Notes under the pieces: model-generated
Database searches by the model: none
Told to the model about the DNA's origin: nothing
Seen by the model: the letters and a program-made list of their open reading frames with translations, nothing else
From: Basidiobolus meristosporus CBS 931.73
Taxonomy: Eukaryota > Fungi > Basidiobolomycota
Assembly: GCA_002104905.1 (NCBI GenBank)
Contig: MCFE01000090.1
Span: 62,001-126,000 of the forward strand
Reading direction: 5' to 3'
DNA: 64,000 nucleotides
Shown: piece after piece, positions 51,751-63,984 of the stretch
Layout: each line of letters begins with the position of its first letter
Numbering within the stretch: the stretch's first letter is position 1
Translations under genes and position numbers: made by a program

Positions 51751-54700
51751 AATTGCTAATTCAATGCTCAAGAGCAAAAACAGCAAAGAATGCCTGGAAG
51801 GCATTAGAAGATGCCTGCTAATCATGTGCAGCTGCTAAGAAAATGTATCTGAGACAAAATTCTTACTACAAAGATGCTGCCAGGAGAAGAAATGAAAAAT
51901 CTAATTAACAGAATTACCCTGCTGGTAGATGAGATGGAATCTGTGGGTGTACCAACTACTGATGAGGATGTGATAGTTACCATCCTGAATAGCCTGACAG
52001 ACAAGCTTCAGGGCCTTGTATCAGCCCTAGAGTCCAGAACTGAAGATTTGACCTTAAATTACACATATGGAAGGCTTCTGGATGAAGAATTAAAAAATCA
52101 AGCGCCAATAAGAAGGAAGAAGAAAATGCTTCAATAAGCAATGATAACCAACAAAGGATGTACCCAAGACCCTACAAAGGCAACAGCAACCTGTTTTGTA
52201 ACTACTGCAAAAGCAAAGGACACACATCAGACCGTTGTCTCAAAAAGAAAGATAATCAGAAAAAGAAGCCTGAATATGGAAATGCTGCAACAACTGAAGA
52301 TAGACTATTCATATCTGCACTAAATATGACCACAAACAAGGATTCTCAGATGTGGTATATTGACTCTGGAGCATCTCAGCACTTTACACACCAAAAAGAA
52401 CTTTTTACCCAATATCAAGAAATTCCAATTAAGAAGGCTTTCATGGGTGACAATAGAACACTTGATGCAGTGGGAGAAGGAACTATCCAAGTAAACCTTA
52501 GAAGCAGTGAAGGAAGCCATACACTGACCTTTAAAGAAGTACTCTATGTACCAGAAATAGCAAAGAACCTACTCTCTGTAAGCAAGGCCACAGCAGAAGG
52601 ACTCAGTTTCAGCTTTGACAATTCTGGATGCAGGATCACTGATCAAAATGGTGCTCATATTGCTTTGGGCATCAGAGATCAGAATCTATACAAGTTGACT
52701 TATATTCCATCATATCTGGAAGCCAATATAAGTAACTTAAATGAAGAAACACCAATGCTTTGGCACAGGAGATTTGGGCACATCAATTTTGATTATTTGC
52801 GCTGTGGTAGGGTTAACATACCTCCCACAGACAAGTTTATTCATACAGTCATTGTGATATACTTAACCATATTTTATTTTATCAGTATTATCCCATTCTT
52901 CTTTTGCCCATATTATCAGTATTATCCCCATATGATGTTTACCCTGATTAGTTATTAGCATTAGTTATCCCAGATGTTATTCAGCTTTGTGATCAGTATA
53001 TGTATCTACATAAGGCAAGTACCCGCGTCAGTACCCATGGCACATGACCTAGGTCTGTGTTACCATCCCTACCATTCCAATACCATATACGGTATTTCTA
53101 TGTTGCACAGGTTTCAGACTACTGATTCCTGATTGGTTGAATGTGCTGTGCCTATTAGAATCTTCCAGGACATTCTTGGCATATTTTTAGCTCATAGTGA
53201 TGTCATCAAGAATTCCACTGATACCTAGAATCTTCTAGAACCTTGTCATTAGTAATCACTTGGCAATCAGGAAAAGTAATTAAGGGAAAGCAATCCCTCA
53301 TCAATAAATCATCCCTTCTATCAGTAACACTTCTCCCTTATTGATTAGCAGTTTATCACTGCACCTGCCTTCAACAGTACATCTCAGACCTGCCATCAAG
53401 GAGCTTTTCAGGGTAGTGCACAAGACACACAGAGGCCTTTGGAGACACTTGGAGCACCTAGGAAGCTAGAGAAGCAGGAGCTTTTACCATAGTGACATAT
53501 TGACAAAGACACCAGCAGTTTAGACACAGAGGTTATTGCACCCATCAGACACCTCACACACCTTGAGTTGTGTAGCTTCTCCCAGGAGTACCTCTACACC
53601 ACCACAGCGCAAAATGATCAAAGATCAGCTAATTTCTGGAGTGAGAATTGATCCCCCAGCTAATTTGGAGCACTGTGAAGCCTGAATATACGGGAAACAA
53701 GCCAGACAACTGTTCAAGAGCTCTGGGTTAATCAAAACTAAGAAAAAATTAGATCTAATTCACTCAGATCTTTGTGGACCTATGCAATATTTATCCTTAG
53801 GCGGGATGAAGTATTTAATCACTTTTATTGTTGATTATACAAGATACACATGGGTCTACTCTATGGAGAGAAAGGAAGAAGCTCTGTCTAAGCTCAGGGA
53901 GTTTAATGCCATGGTGGAGAGAGAAACTGGTGAAAAAATCAAGAAAATACACTCTGACAATGGTGGAGAATATACCTCAAAACTCTTCATCCACTTCTGC
54001 AAAATTCATGGGATAAAGCAAGAGACTACTGTACCATACTCCCCACAGCAAAATGGAGTAGCAGAACAAGCTAACAGATCAATAATTGATATGGCAAGAT
54101 CTATGATCCATGATCAAAAATTATCCTATGATTTTTGGGCGGAATCAGTTGCCACTGCTGTATACCTTAAAAATAGGAGTTATAACAGAATACTTTGTGA
54201 TTCTACTCCATTTGAAGCATGGTATGGATACAGACCAAGTGCAGAACATCTAAGAATATTTGGGTGTACAGCATATGCCAAAAAACTGGCCGGAAATCAG
54301 TCAAAATTTGAGCCAAAAAGTGTAAAATGCATATTTTTGGGCTATTGCAATGAGAGTAAGGCATACAGACTCTACAAAACCAAAGCAAAGAAGCTGATTA
54401 AGTCCAGGGATGTGTTGCTTGATGAAAATTTAAAATTTGACAAAAAATGACATCAGATGATGACAAAAATTTGATCTCAAGTCCACCAATTGTCAGGATT
54501 GAATCAGAGCAAAACAATGAAAATTTTTTCACTCCAGAGGACTCTACAACCATGGTTCAGCCAGAATTGGTGCCCAGGAATATCCCAGAAGTGACTGTTC
54601 CAGTATCAAATGCCCGGAGATCCAATTGGACAAGAAATAGCCTAAATTACTATATCAACAATGGTACAAACTTAGCCTATGCCTATTCAGTCCATATTGA

Positions 54701-56629
54701 TGAACCCCAGACTGTAAAAGAGGCCCTAAATAGCCCTCAGACAAAGTTTTGGAGATCTGCAATGACTGAGCAATATCAGGCCATGATGGAAAATCAAACT
54801 TGGGACTTAATCAAATTACCAATCAACTGAAAATCAATTGGATGCAGATGGGTCTTCAAGACAAAATACAAGGCTGATGGTACAACTGAAAGATACAAAG
54901 CAAGACTTGTGGCCAAAGGATACTCTCAAGCAAAAGGACTTGACTATACTGAGACCTTTGCACCGGTAGCCAGGTTTAATTCCATCAGACTAATATTGGC
55001 TATTGCAGCCAAATATAAGTTTTTTATTCATCAAATGGATGTAAAAACTGCATTTTTGAATGGAGAACTTGATGAGGACGTGTATATGAACCAGCCTGAT
55101 GGGTTTGTTGACCAAGATAACCCAAATTTGGTCTGCAAGCTTAAAAAGTCACTATATGGTCTCAAACAATCACCAAGAGCCTGGAATTGCAAGATAGAAT
55201 CTTATTTGGAATCTTTGAGTTTCAAAAGGAGTAATGCTGACTATAGTATATACTATAAGCCAGAGAGAGTAAATCTAGTTCTATTAGCTCTATATGTGGA
55301 TGATATTATTATAGCCGCCTATAACCTAGAAACATTGGAAGAGACTAAATCCAACCTATCAAAGGAGCTCATGATGCCCAATCTAGGAGAACTCAGTTAC
55401 TACTTAGGGATTAAGTTCTCCATAGACAGAAGTACCCAGACTATTACACTAAGCCAATTCAAGTACATTCAAGATATACTCAAGAAGTACCAAATAGAAG
55501 ACTGTAAACTGGCAGCTACCCCAATGGAGACAAACCTTAACTTGGTCAAAACTCAACCAAATGAAGAGAGATTGATGCCATCTGAAAGCCCTGACTTTCC
55601 TTATCAATCTATGGCCGGCAGTCTGATGTATATCATGCTTTGAACACGTCCATATATCTCATATTCAGTGGGAGTTGTCAGCCAACTTAATCAGAACTAT
55701 GGATCTGATTATTGCAGCAGTTAAGCGGATTTTTAGATACCTAAAAGGAGCTGCCAATATCTGCTTAAGATACACTTATAAGGATTCAGAGCAGGATCTT
55801 GTGGGATACTCTGATGCTGATTGGGGACAAAATTTAGAAGACATAAGATCCACCTCAGGATACACCTTTCTTTACTGTAAAGGAGCAATTTCATGGAATT
55901 CAAGAAAGCAACCAACTGTAGCACTTTCTACTACAGAGGCAGAGTATATGGCAGCCTGTGAAGCCACAAAAAAAGCAATGTGGTTAAGAAAACCCTTTAC
56001 AGACTTAGGCCTATGTCAAAAAACACCTATTACTTTATTTCAAGATAATCAAGGATGTATACAATTAGGTAGAAATCCAACTTTTCATTCTAGAACCAAG
56101 CACATAGATATTAGACATCATTTCATACATGAAGCTATAGAGAATAACTTAGTAAGCTTAGTTTACTGTCCCACAGATGAAATGATTGCAGACATATTTA
56201 CTAAACCATTAGCTAGAGACAACTTTGAATATCTTATGTCAAAATTAGGACTAGTCAGTATGAACATTTAGCTGAGTGGGAGTGTTTTAAAAATTCTTAT
56301 TCCCACCTAAATATTTGCCTAACTTAGTCACTTAGATCATTACCCTCAAATCCTAGAGAATACTGACCAGATTCCTTGTTGGGATTTACTTGGAATATTT
56401 TCACCAAAATACCAGGTACCCAGAACATGAAAATATGAAAGTTGTCCAATCAGCCCCAAACTTTGACACATGTTCTTGGGACCTTCCTTAACCTACTCTA
56501 CGTGTTTGTAATACCAAGACCAGGTAAAAGTATAAATACTACTTTTACATTCAATAAATCATTAAGTGAAAACCACAAAATCTACTTGTCCTCCCAATCA
56601 CTTCCAATATCTCCAAGACTCTTACAACA
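51751..56629 (+). mobile_element. Ty1/copia element G3, a 5'-truncated same-family copy nested in G2
   Basis: Starts mid-gag at 51751. PR WYIDSGASQH, IN 53782-54450, RT YVDD 54909-55643, RNase H 55675-56271, PPT GCTGAGTGGGAG, 3' LTR 56283-56629. Confidence 0.85.
52803..53606. repeat. Solo LTR D3 (804 bp), perfect 4-bp TSD GCGC
   Basis: GCGC at 52799-802 and 53607-10. The host frame DYLR/KMIKDQL is restored when it is removed. Confidence 0.95.
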
Positions 56630-59289
56630 GAATATACCTCAAAACTCTTCATCCACTTCTGCAAAATTCATGGGATAAAGTAAGAGACCACTGTACCATA
56701 CTCTCCACAGCAAAATGGAGTAGCAGAATGTGCTAGCAGATCAATAACTGATATGGCAAGATCTATGATCCATGATCAAAAATTATCCTATGATATTTGG
56801 GTGAAATCAATTGCTATTGGTGTATATCTTAAAAATAGGAGTTATAGGAGAATACTTTGTGATTCTACTCCATTTGAAGCATGGTATGGGTACAGACCAA
56901 GTACAGAGCATCTAAGAATATTTGGGTGTACAGCATATGCCAAGAAACTGCCCAGATATCAATCAAAATTTTCACAAAAAATGACATCAGATGATGACAA
57001 AAATCTGATCTCAAGTCCACCCATTGTCAGGATTAAATCAGAGCAAGACAATGAAACTTTTTTTACTCCAGAGAACTCTACAACTGCTGTTCAGCCAGAA
57101 TCAGTGCCCAGGAATATCCCAGAAGTGATCATTATAGTATCAAATGCCTGGAGAACAAATCACACAAGAAATAGCCCAAATTACTATATCAACAATGGTA
57201 CAAACTTAGCCTATGCCTATTCAGTCCATATTGATGAGCCCCAGACTGTAAAAGAGGCCCTAAATAGCCCTCAAAGAAAGTTTTGGAGATCTGCAATGAC
57301 TGAGCAATATCAGGCCCTGATGGAAAATCAAACTTGGGACTTAATCAAATTACCAATCAATTGGATGCAGATGGGTCTTCAAGACAAAATACAAGGCTGA
57401 TGGTACAATTGAAAGATACAAAGCAAGACTTGTGGCCAAAGGATACTCTCAAACAAGAGGACTTGACTATACTGACACCTTTGCACTGGCAGCCAGGTTT
57501 AATTCCATCAGATTGATATTGGCTATTGCAGCCAAATATAAGTTTTTATTCATCAAATGGATGTAAAACTGAATTTTTGAATGGAGAACTTGATGAGGAT
57601 GCGTACATGGACCAGCCTGATGGTTTGGTTGACCAAGATAACCTCCATTTAGTCTGCAAGCTTAAAAAGTCACAATATGGTCTCAAGCAATCACTGAGAG
57701 CCTGGAGTTGCAAGACAGATTCTTATTTGGAATCTTTGAGTTTCAAAAGGAGTAATGCTGACTCTAGTATATACTATAAGCCAGAGAGAGCAAATCCAGT
57801 TCTATTAGCTCTATATGTGGATGATCTTATTATAGCCACCAATAACCTAGAAACATTGGAAGAGACTAAATCCAACCTATCAAGGGAGTTCATGATGCCC
57901 AATCTAGGAGAACTCAGTTACTACTTAGGGATTAAGTTCTCCATAGACAGAAGTACCCAGACTATTACCCTAAGCCAATCCAAGTATATTCAAGATATAC
58001 TCAAGAAGTACCAAATAGAAGACTGTAAACTGGCAGCTACCCCAATGGAGACAAACCTTAACTTGGTCAAAACTCAACCAAATGAAGAGAGATTGATGCC
58101 CCCTGAGAGCCCTGACTTTCCTTATCAGTATATGGTCAGCAATCTGATCTATATCAAGCTTGGGACATGTCCAGATATCTCATATTCAGTGGGAGTTGTC
58201 AGCCAACTTAATCAGAACTATGGATCTGATCATGGCAGCAGTTAAGCGGATTTTTAGATACCTAAAAGGAGCTGCCAATATCTGCTTAAGATACACTTAT
58301 AAGGATTCAGAACAGGATCTTGTGGGATACTCTGATGCTGATTGGGGACAAAATTTAGAAGACATAAGATCCACCTCAGGATACACCTTTCTTTACTGTA
58401 AAGGAGTAATTTCACGGAATTCAAGAAAGCAACCAACCATAGCACTTTCTACCACAGAGGCAGAGTACATGGCAGCCTTTGAAGCTATAAAAGAAGCAAT
58501 GTGCTCAAAAAAGCTTTTATAGATTTAGGCCTATGTCAAAAAATACTTATTACTTTATTTCAACACAATCAAGGATGTATACAACCAGGTAGAAATCCAA
58601 TATTTCATGCTAGAACTAAGCACACATATATTAGACATCATCTCATATGTGAAGCTATAGAGAATAACTTAGTTAGCTTAGTCTACTGTCCTACAGATGA
58701 AATGATTGCAGACATATTTACCAAACCATTAGCTAGAGACAAGTTTGAATATCTTAGGTCACAATTAGGACCAGTCAGTATGAGCATTTAGCTGAGTGGG
58801 AGTGTTATAAAGACTTGTGATTCCACCTAAATACTCACCTAACTTAGTCACTTAGATCATTACCTTCAAATCCTCAAGAATACTGATCAAATTCCTTGTT
58901 GGGATTTACTTAGAATATTTACCCAGAACATGAAAATTCTCAAAGTTGCCCAAACAGCCCCAGACTTTGCACACATGTTTTTGGGACCTCCCTTAACCTA
59001 ATCTGTGTGTTTGTAATGCCAAGACAATGTAAAAGTATAAATACTACTCTTACATTCAATAAATTATTAAGTGAAAACCACATAATCTACTTGTCCTCCC
59101 AATCACTTCCAATATCTCCAAGACTCTTACAACATATGTAACATATCCACAACAGAAAACCCTCAGATTAAATCCAAGAAAAGAGCTTTGGAGAGATACT
59201 ATCATACTTGAGGGCCATGTACTTAGTGACCAGCTTAATAAAGAATCTAGTATTGCTACAAACTTTGCAATGCTTTTAACTGCCAAAGA

Positions 59290-59500
59290 CATCACAGATT
59301 GTGCAACTTCTCACCAACTTTTATCAGTTGAGTCACAAGTCTTGCTTTTATCATAGAGCCAAGCACATTGCCACAAATTACCATTTTTTCAGAGTGGATA
59401 TAGAGTATAAACAGGTTGGCCTTGCTTGTTGCCATATTCTTGAAGTGATGGCAGATTTGCCTATAAAACACTATCAAAGTCAATTTGGATATCCTGAACC
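59290..59500 (+). pseudogene. Old copia RNase H remnant
   Basis: FYHRAKHIATNYHFFRVDIEYKQV...EVMADL resembles FHSRTKHIDIRHHFIHEAIENNLV...EMIADI of G3. Confidence 0.6.
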
Positions 59501-59623
59501 ACTAATAGGATCAGTTAATACAAATAGAGTCAAGTGGAAGTGCTCTAAGGATTGAGCTTGAGCTGAGAAACTGCCACTAACTGAGACACTTCAGACATTA
59601 TTATTAATTTTAACCCATGTTCT

Positions 59624-59955
59624 TGTTTTAAGAGTTTTGGACATATTGGAAGTGATTGGGAGGACAAGTAGATTATGTGGTTTTCACTTAATGATTTATT
59701 GAATGTACAGGTAGTATTTATACTTTTACATGGTCTTGGCATAGCAAACACGTAGAATAGGTCAAGGAAGGTCCCAAGAACATGTGTGCAAAGTTTGGGG
59801 CTGTTTGGACAACTTTGAGAATTTTCATGTTCTGGGTAAATATTCTAAGTAAATCATGACAAAGAATTTGGTCAGTATTCTCTAGGATATGAAGGTAATG
59901 ATCTAAGAGACTAAGTCAGGTGCATATTTAGGTGGAATTCCGAATTTTTACAACA
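59624..59955 (-). repeat. Copia solo LTR (G family), inverted
   Basis: Reverse complement of LTR 58803-59134. TGTT...CAACA termini. Confidence 0.85.
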
Positions 59956-60080
59956 GTTCTTTGGTGGAATTCTTAAAGCCATCTAAAAGACCCTATACTT
60001 TGCACATATGCTCTTTGACACCCTGCAAGCACATCCTACATGCTCACTGTACCAAGACCTTGGATATTCATGAATATTAC

Positions 60081-60400
60081 TGTTGTATGAGTTTTTGGAG
60101 ATATTGGAAGTGATTTAGAGAACAAGGAGTTTATATGCTTTTCACTTAATAAATCATTAAGTGAATAAGTAGTATTTATACTTTTCCATGGTTTTGGCAA
60201 AAAAACCACATAGGATATGTTTAGGAAGGTCCCAAGAGTTCGTGTACAAAGCTTGGGGCTGTTTGGACAACTTTGAGATATTTGATGTTTGGTGTACCTG
60301 ATAATTTCGTGAAAATCTTCAAAGTAAACCCAACAAGGAATTTGGCGAGAGTTCCTCAAGACTTGTAGACAAAAGATACAACAGTCACTTACATTCAATA
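60081..60400 (-). repeat. Diverged copia LTR relic abutting the TUP1 3' region
   Basis: TGTTGTATGAG...TTGGAAGTGATT...AGGTCCCAAGA...TTGGGGCTGTTTGGACAACTTTGAG parallels 59624-59955. Confidence 0.7.
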
Positions 60401-60462
60401 AATTAAAAAAGTGAAAAACACATAACAACTACCCAATACCAGTCACGTTAAATACTCCAACG

Positions 60463-60468
60463 TTTATT
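60463..60468 (-). terminator. Possible AATAAA polyadenylation signal of TUP1
   Basis: TTTATT on the plus strand about 113 nt downstream of the stop codon. Position is the only support. Confidence 0.25.
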
Positions 60469-60580
60469 GAGAACAACGAAGGCAAAACTAATGGAGCATA
60501 ATGATATGACGATGAAGCTATCTCGCTACCGAGTAAGGGTCTAGGTGGTACCTAGTTGGTGGGATGTTTGAGGGGATGAG

Positions 60581-63489
60581 TTAAGGCTGGGCTGGGGAGA
60601 TGCTTTCGTAGCTCCACAAGCGAGCACGACAATCTCCGGATGCGGTAGCGAACAGGCCACCCACCGGACTCAAATTGATGGAGATCACTGGTGATCGAAG
60701 GGCTGATTAGTGATGCGTCTTACTGTTGGGCGAATGAACCGGTTGGTTACCTGAATTTTTGTGTCCCTGAAGCATGAACTGAGTGTGTGCGGTGTTCGGA
60801 TCCCAGAATTGAACCCCGCGATCCTTGGACCCGGATACTATCCAGTTCCCGCATGGGGAGCATGCCACGGACAAAACGAAGTCCTAACAAAGATCCGTTT
60901 TCGGTTCAGCAACTCCTCGGCCCATTGGTCAAAAGCCGGGGACATACCTTGTGTCCAACGAAAGTGGTCCTGCATGGGTTGGGCTTCTGTCCCATGTTGT
61001 TGGCATTCTTACTGCTGAGGATATCCCAGAGTTTGATCGTCTTGTCCAAAGATCCGGAGATGAGGGACTTTCCTAGAGATGGACATGAGATTGCCGCTCG
61101 TCAACAACACACAACACTTCCGTGGGACCAACCGTCTGGTGTGAACGCGATAGAATAGACGCTATCCTTGTGGCCCTCGAGTTTCTCCAAGAGCTGTCCG
61201 GTCTGGACATCCCACACTCTGACCATCTTATCCAACGATCCTGCGGCCACTAGACGCCCATCTGGGCTGAACGCAACTGAAGTGACTCCGGCTTCCTTGG
61301 GGCCGTTCTCTTCGATCATAAGAGTATATACACACTTGCCGCTATCCATGTCCCAGATCCTAGCGGTCCTATCCCCAGATCCCGACACGACCAGACGGCC
61401 GTCTCGAGAGAAATCGAGGGAGTAGATGTCCTGCTCGTGGCCTTGGAAAAGATTGCGGATCCTTCTCCTGGCGATGTCCCAGATCTGAAAGTGTCAAGGT
61501 CAAGGTCAGTACGAGCGCTCGTTGTCGATGTATAGGGGACTCCACCCACCCGGATCTGCTTGTCCTCAGCCCCGGTGGCCAGGAACTTTCCGTCGGGACT
61601 AAAGCAAACCGCTCTGATGTAAAGGTCCCCATCTCTGTTGGCCGCCTCGTCCTGCAAAACACTGGAAGGACACGTGAGTCACGGGAAATCGCTCGGACGG
61701 AAAACTCCAAAGTTACCAAATCTTGCTTCCGTTCTGGACGTCGTAGATCTGTGCACTTCTGTTACACCCGGTGGCCAGATACTTGCCATCGTTGCTAAAG
61801 CGGACGCAGCAGACGACACTAAAGATGCGTGAGCCATGAGAAGGTAAGGCATTGAACTCGCGCCGGAGCGATCCGAACTGTACCTGCTATGGTCCAACGT
61901 GTGGGCTAGATCGACATTCAGCTGGCGGGGAACTCGGGGGTTGAAGCTGTGGAGAGGCAACTTTAGGTCGCTGGCGATCTCTGGGCAATCCTAAAGGTGA
62001 CTTACATGGCAAACCAATCCGACCCTTCACGCTTGAGTCCAGATGGGAGATTCTCGAGATCTACGTCGTTGAAGCTGCCATTAGCAGAGCCAGGGCCCTT
62101 GGCGGAGGGGGCCCGAACAGGTCCGGCGACAGCAGACTGCTGGGGTGGGAGACCGCCGTTGCTTGGCTTGCGATTCATGCCTTGGGGACTAGCGCCGGGG
62201 TAGGGGGGCCCGTTCTGAGGAGGTCCTTGCTGAGAGTCCGGCTGCACACCCATCGGTGGTTGAGAAGTAAGCGGCCCTTGGTGTCCCATCTAGTATAAAG
62301 AATGAAGGTTAGTCGGCGAATATGATTGCTGAGAATTCCCGTAACACCCACCGGATGATTTTGCGGACTACCTTGCATATAACCTACGTATGTGGTAGAA
62401 AACACGCAAACGTGTGAGTTTTATTATATATAATATATTAACGATTATATAAGCTACCCATCGGAGGCTGGCCGGGTCCTTGTCCCATCATCCCAGGCAA
62501 CTGGTTGGGCGGTTGGCCTGGCACCGGAGGTGAGGATGTTGGGACAGAGCCGTACATGGACGGCTGTTGCATCGGAGGCTGTGACTGTCCAGCCATGTGA
62601 TGCGGAGGAGCATCCGAGTCCCCTCGCAGCCTTTTGTTGGGCGGCTGGTGGCCACCTTGTGGTGGTGGGCCTTGTTGTGGTGTGCCGGGAGGGCCACCGC
62701 TGGAGTAAGCGGATAGCCCTGGAGGACCAGATCCCGGACCTGGATATCCTGGATGTTGTGGTTGTGGCTGTTGATTTGGATCCATCATCTGAGGTGGTGC
62801 CGCTAGAGAATTGGGACCGTTTTGTGCACCGCTCATGATTCCGCTAAATAGGTTGGATGGGCCATGGCCGATGTTGGGAGGTGCCGGTTTGTGAGTTTGA
62901 TGTGGTGTACCGCCGCTTTGAGGGTGGGAACCGCGTGCCTCCAGCTCGCGACGAAGCCTCAATATCTCCTCTTCGTATCTGGAAACATGGAGAAGTGTAA
63001 GTATACCAGCGTAGAGTGGACATAGAACGTAGCATAGAGGTGGGCAAGCTCTTACTGTTGTTTTATCTTCTGGTGGGTTCTCTCAAGTTCATACAGATTC
63101 TGCTGGAAGCCGGTCATCTCGTTTAGCTGTGCAGAAACTAAAAGGGGTATGAACGTTAGTCGTTCATCTCAAGAATTGACATTCGACGAAGTTGGGTGGC
63201 GAGCCCAGAGCCATGGGGAAACAGGGAGGCTTTCAAACGAGGGAACGCTCCACGTGACCTGATAATTCAGTACCAGGATATCGCGTAGTTTAGATGGAAC
63301 CACCTGTCAACCTGTCCGGCACATAAAAGAAAACTTACTCTTGTGCTCAAACTCGTCACGTTGCATCTTAAACATGGACACATCTTGATTGACCTGTTCA
63401 AACTCGACTTTCAAAGCATCTAGAAGTTCGGGAATTCTACTGCCGGCCCCGGCAGGAACCATGGGACGATGATTATAGATGTTTGACAT
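60581..63489 (-). CDS. TUP1: General transcriptional corepressor Tup1 (Tup_N tetramerisation domain, Q/P/G-rich linker, WD40 propeller); 12 exons, 687 aa
   Basis: Exons (minus strand): 63489-63339, 63137-63056, 62978-62458, 62383-62352, 62289-62006, 61946-61884, 61818-61717, 61661-61550, 61484-61133, 61072-60948, 60883-60751, 60687-60581. These total 2064 nt, all introns are GT-AG, and the frame is open. Hallmarks: [135 protein letters not shown]. Confidence 0.97.
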
Positions 63490-63843
63490 CTCCGCGACTA
63501 CTTGCGTAAACTGACTGTCAAATGGGGATGACTCTTGTACTTCGAAACGCAAATTTGGTTGGGTCGAAGTTGGAAAAAAATAGACGGCCGAGTTTTTCTT
63601 TCAAAGATGGGATATCACAGAGATTAAGCAAGCGAGAGGAATCTTGTGTAGATATATGATCATTCCTTTTAATGAGTGAATTTTCAACCGCCATAGGTTA
63701 TTAAGGGGGAAAGATCAAGAACCCTCCTCACTTCGCTTGGTATATTTTTGGTTTACGCTTTTTATCACATAACCTTGGCCCTTACGAGATTGTCCACAAA
63801 TTTTCACCGGGATTCCCCATATTTGGAAATCGGGAAAATAATA

Positions 63844-63957
63844 TCGGTTGTGGTTTCGGTTGTGGTTTCATTTTGGATTGTACTAGCCCTTCATCAAATA
63901 TTCTCAGTAAAATAACCACCTGATGCTGGAGTTGTGCGTTGTGCGTTGTGCGTTGTG
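63844..63957. repeat. Short tandem repeats upstream of TUP1: (TCGGTTGTGGTT)x2 and (GTTGTGC)x3+
   Basis: Seen directly at 63844-63869 and 63931-63957. Confidence 0.8.
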
Positions 63958-63984
63958 GGAAATCGATGGTTGCTTAATGGTAGC

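Larger units (their letters stand above)
49748..59134 (+). mobile_element. Ty1/copia element G2 (outer), TSD TACGT/TATGT
   Basis: LTRs at 49748-50096 and 58803-59134. PBS TGTTATGAGCCCC at 50097. The integrase breaks at 51750 (ETGEKI) and resumes at 56630 (EYTSK). RT/RNase H at 57300-58790. Confidence 0.8.

Noticed and set aside
50375-59134. Repeated copia segments as an assembly artefact
   Set aside because: The duplicated segments differ at many positions and by indels, and the outer element has a TSD. Nested insertion explains the layout.
302-60428. Many short track ORFs as independent genes
   Set aside because: They are fragments, alternative frames or antisense frames of decayed TEs and LTRs.
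60761-62838. Plus-strand ORFs overlapping TUP1 (e.g. 60787-61158, 62530-62838)
   Set aside because: They are antisense shadows of GC-rich coding exons with no recognisable domains.
63490-63552. Longer TUP1 N-terminus suggested by the ORF track (63307-63552)
   Set aside because: The extension starts at a non-ATG codon. The conserved MSNIYNHR start is the ATG at 63489.
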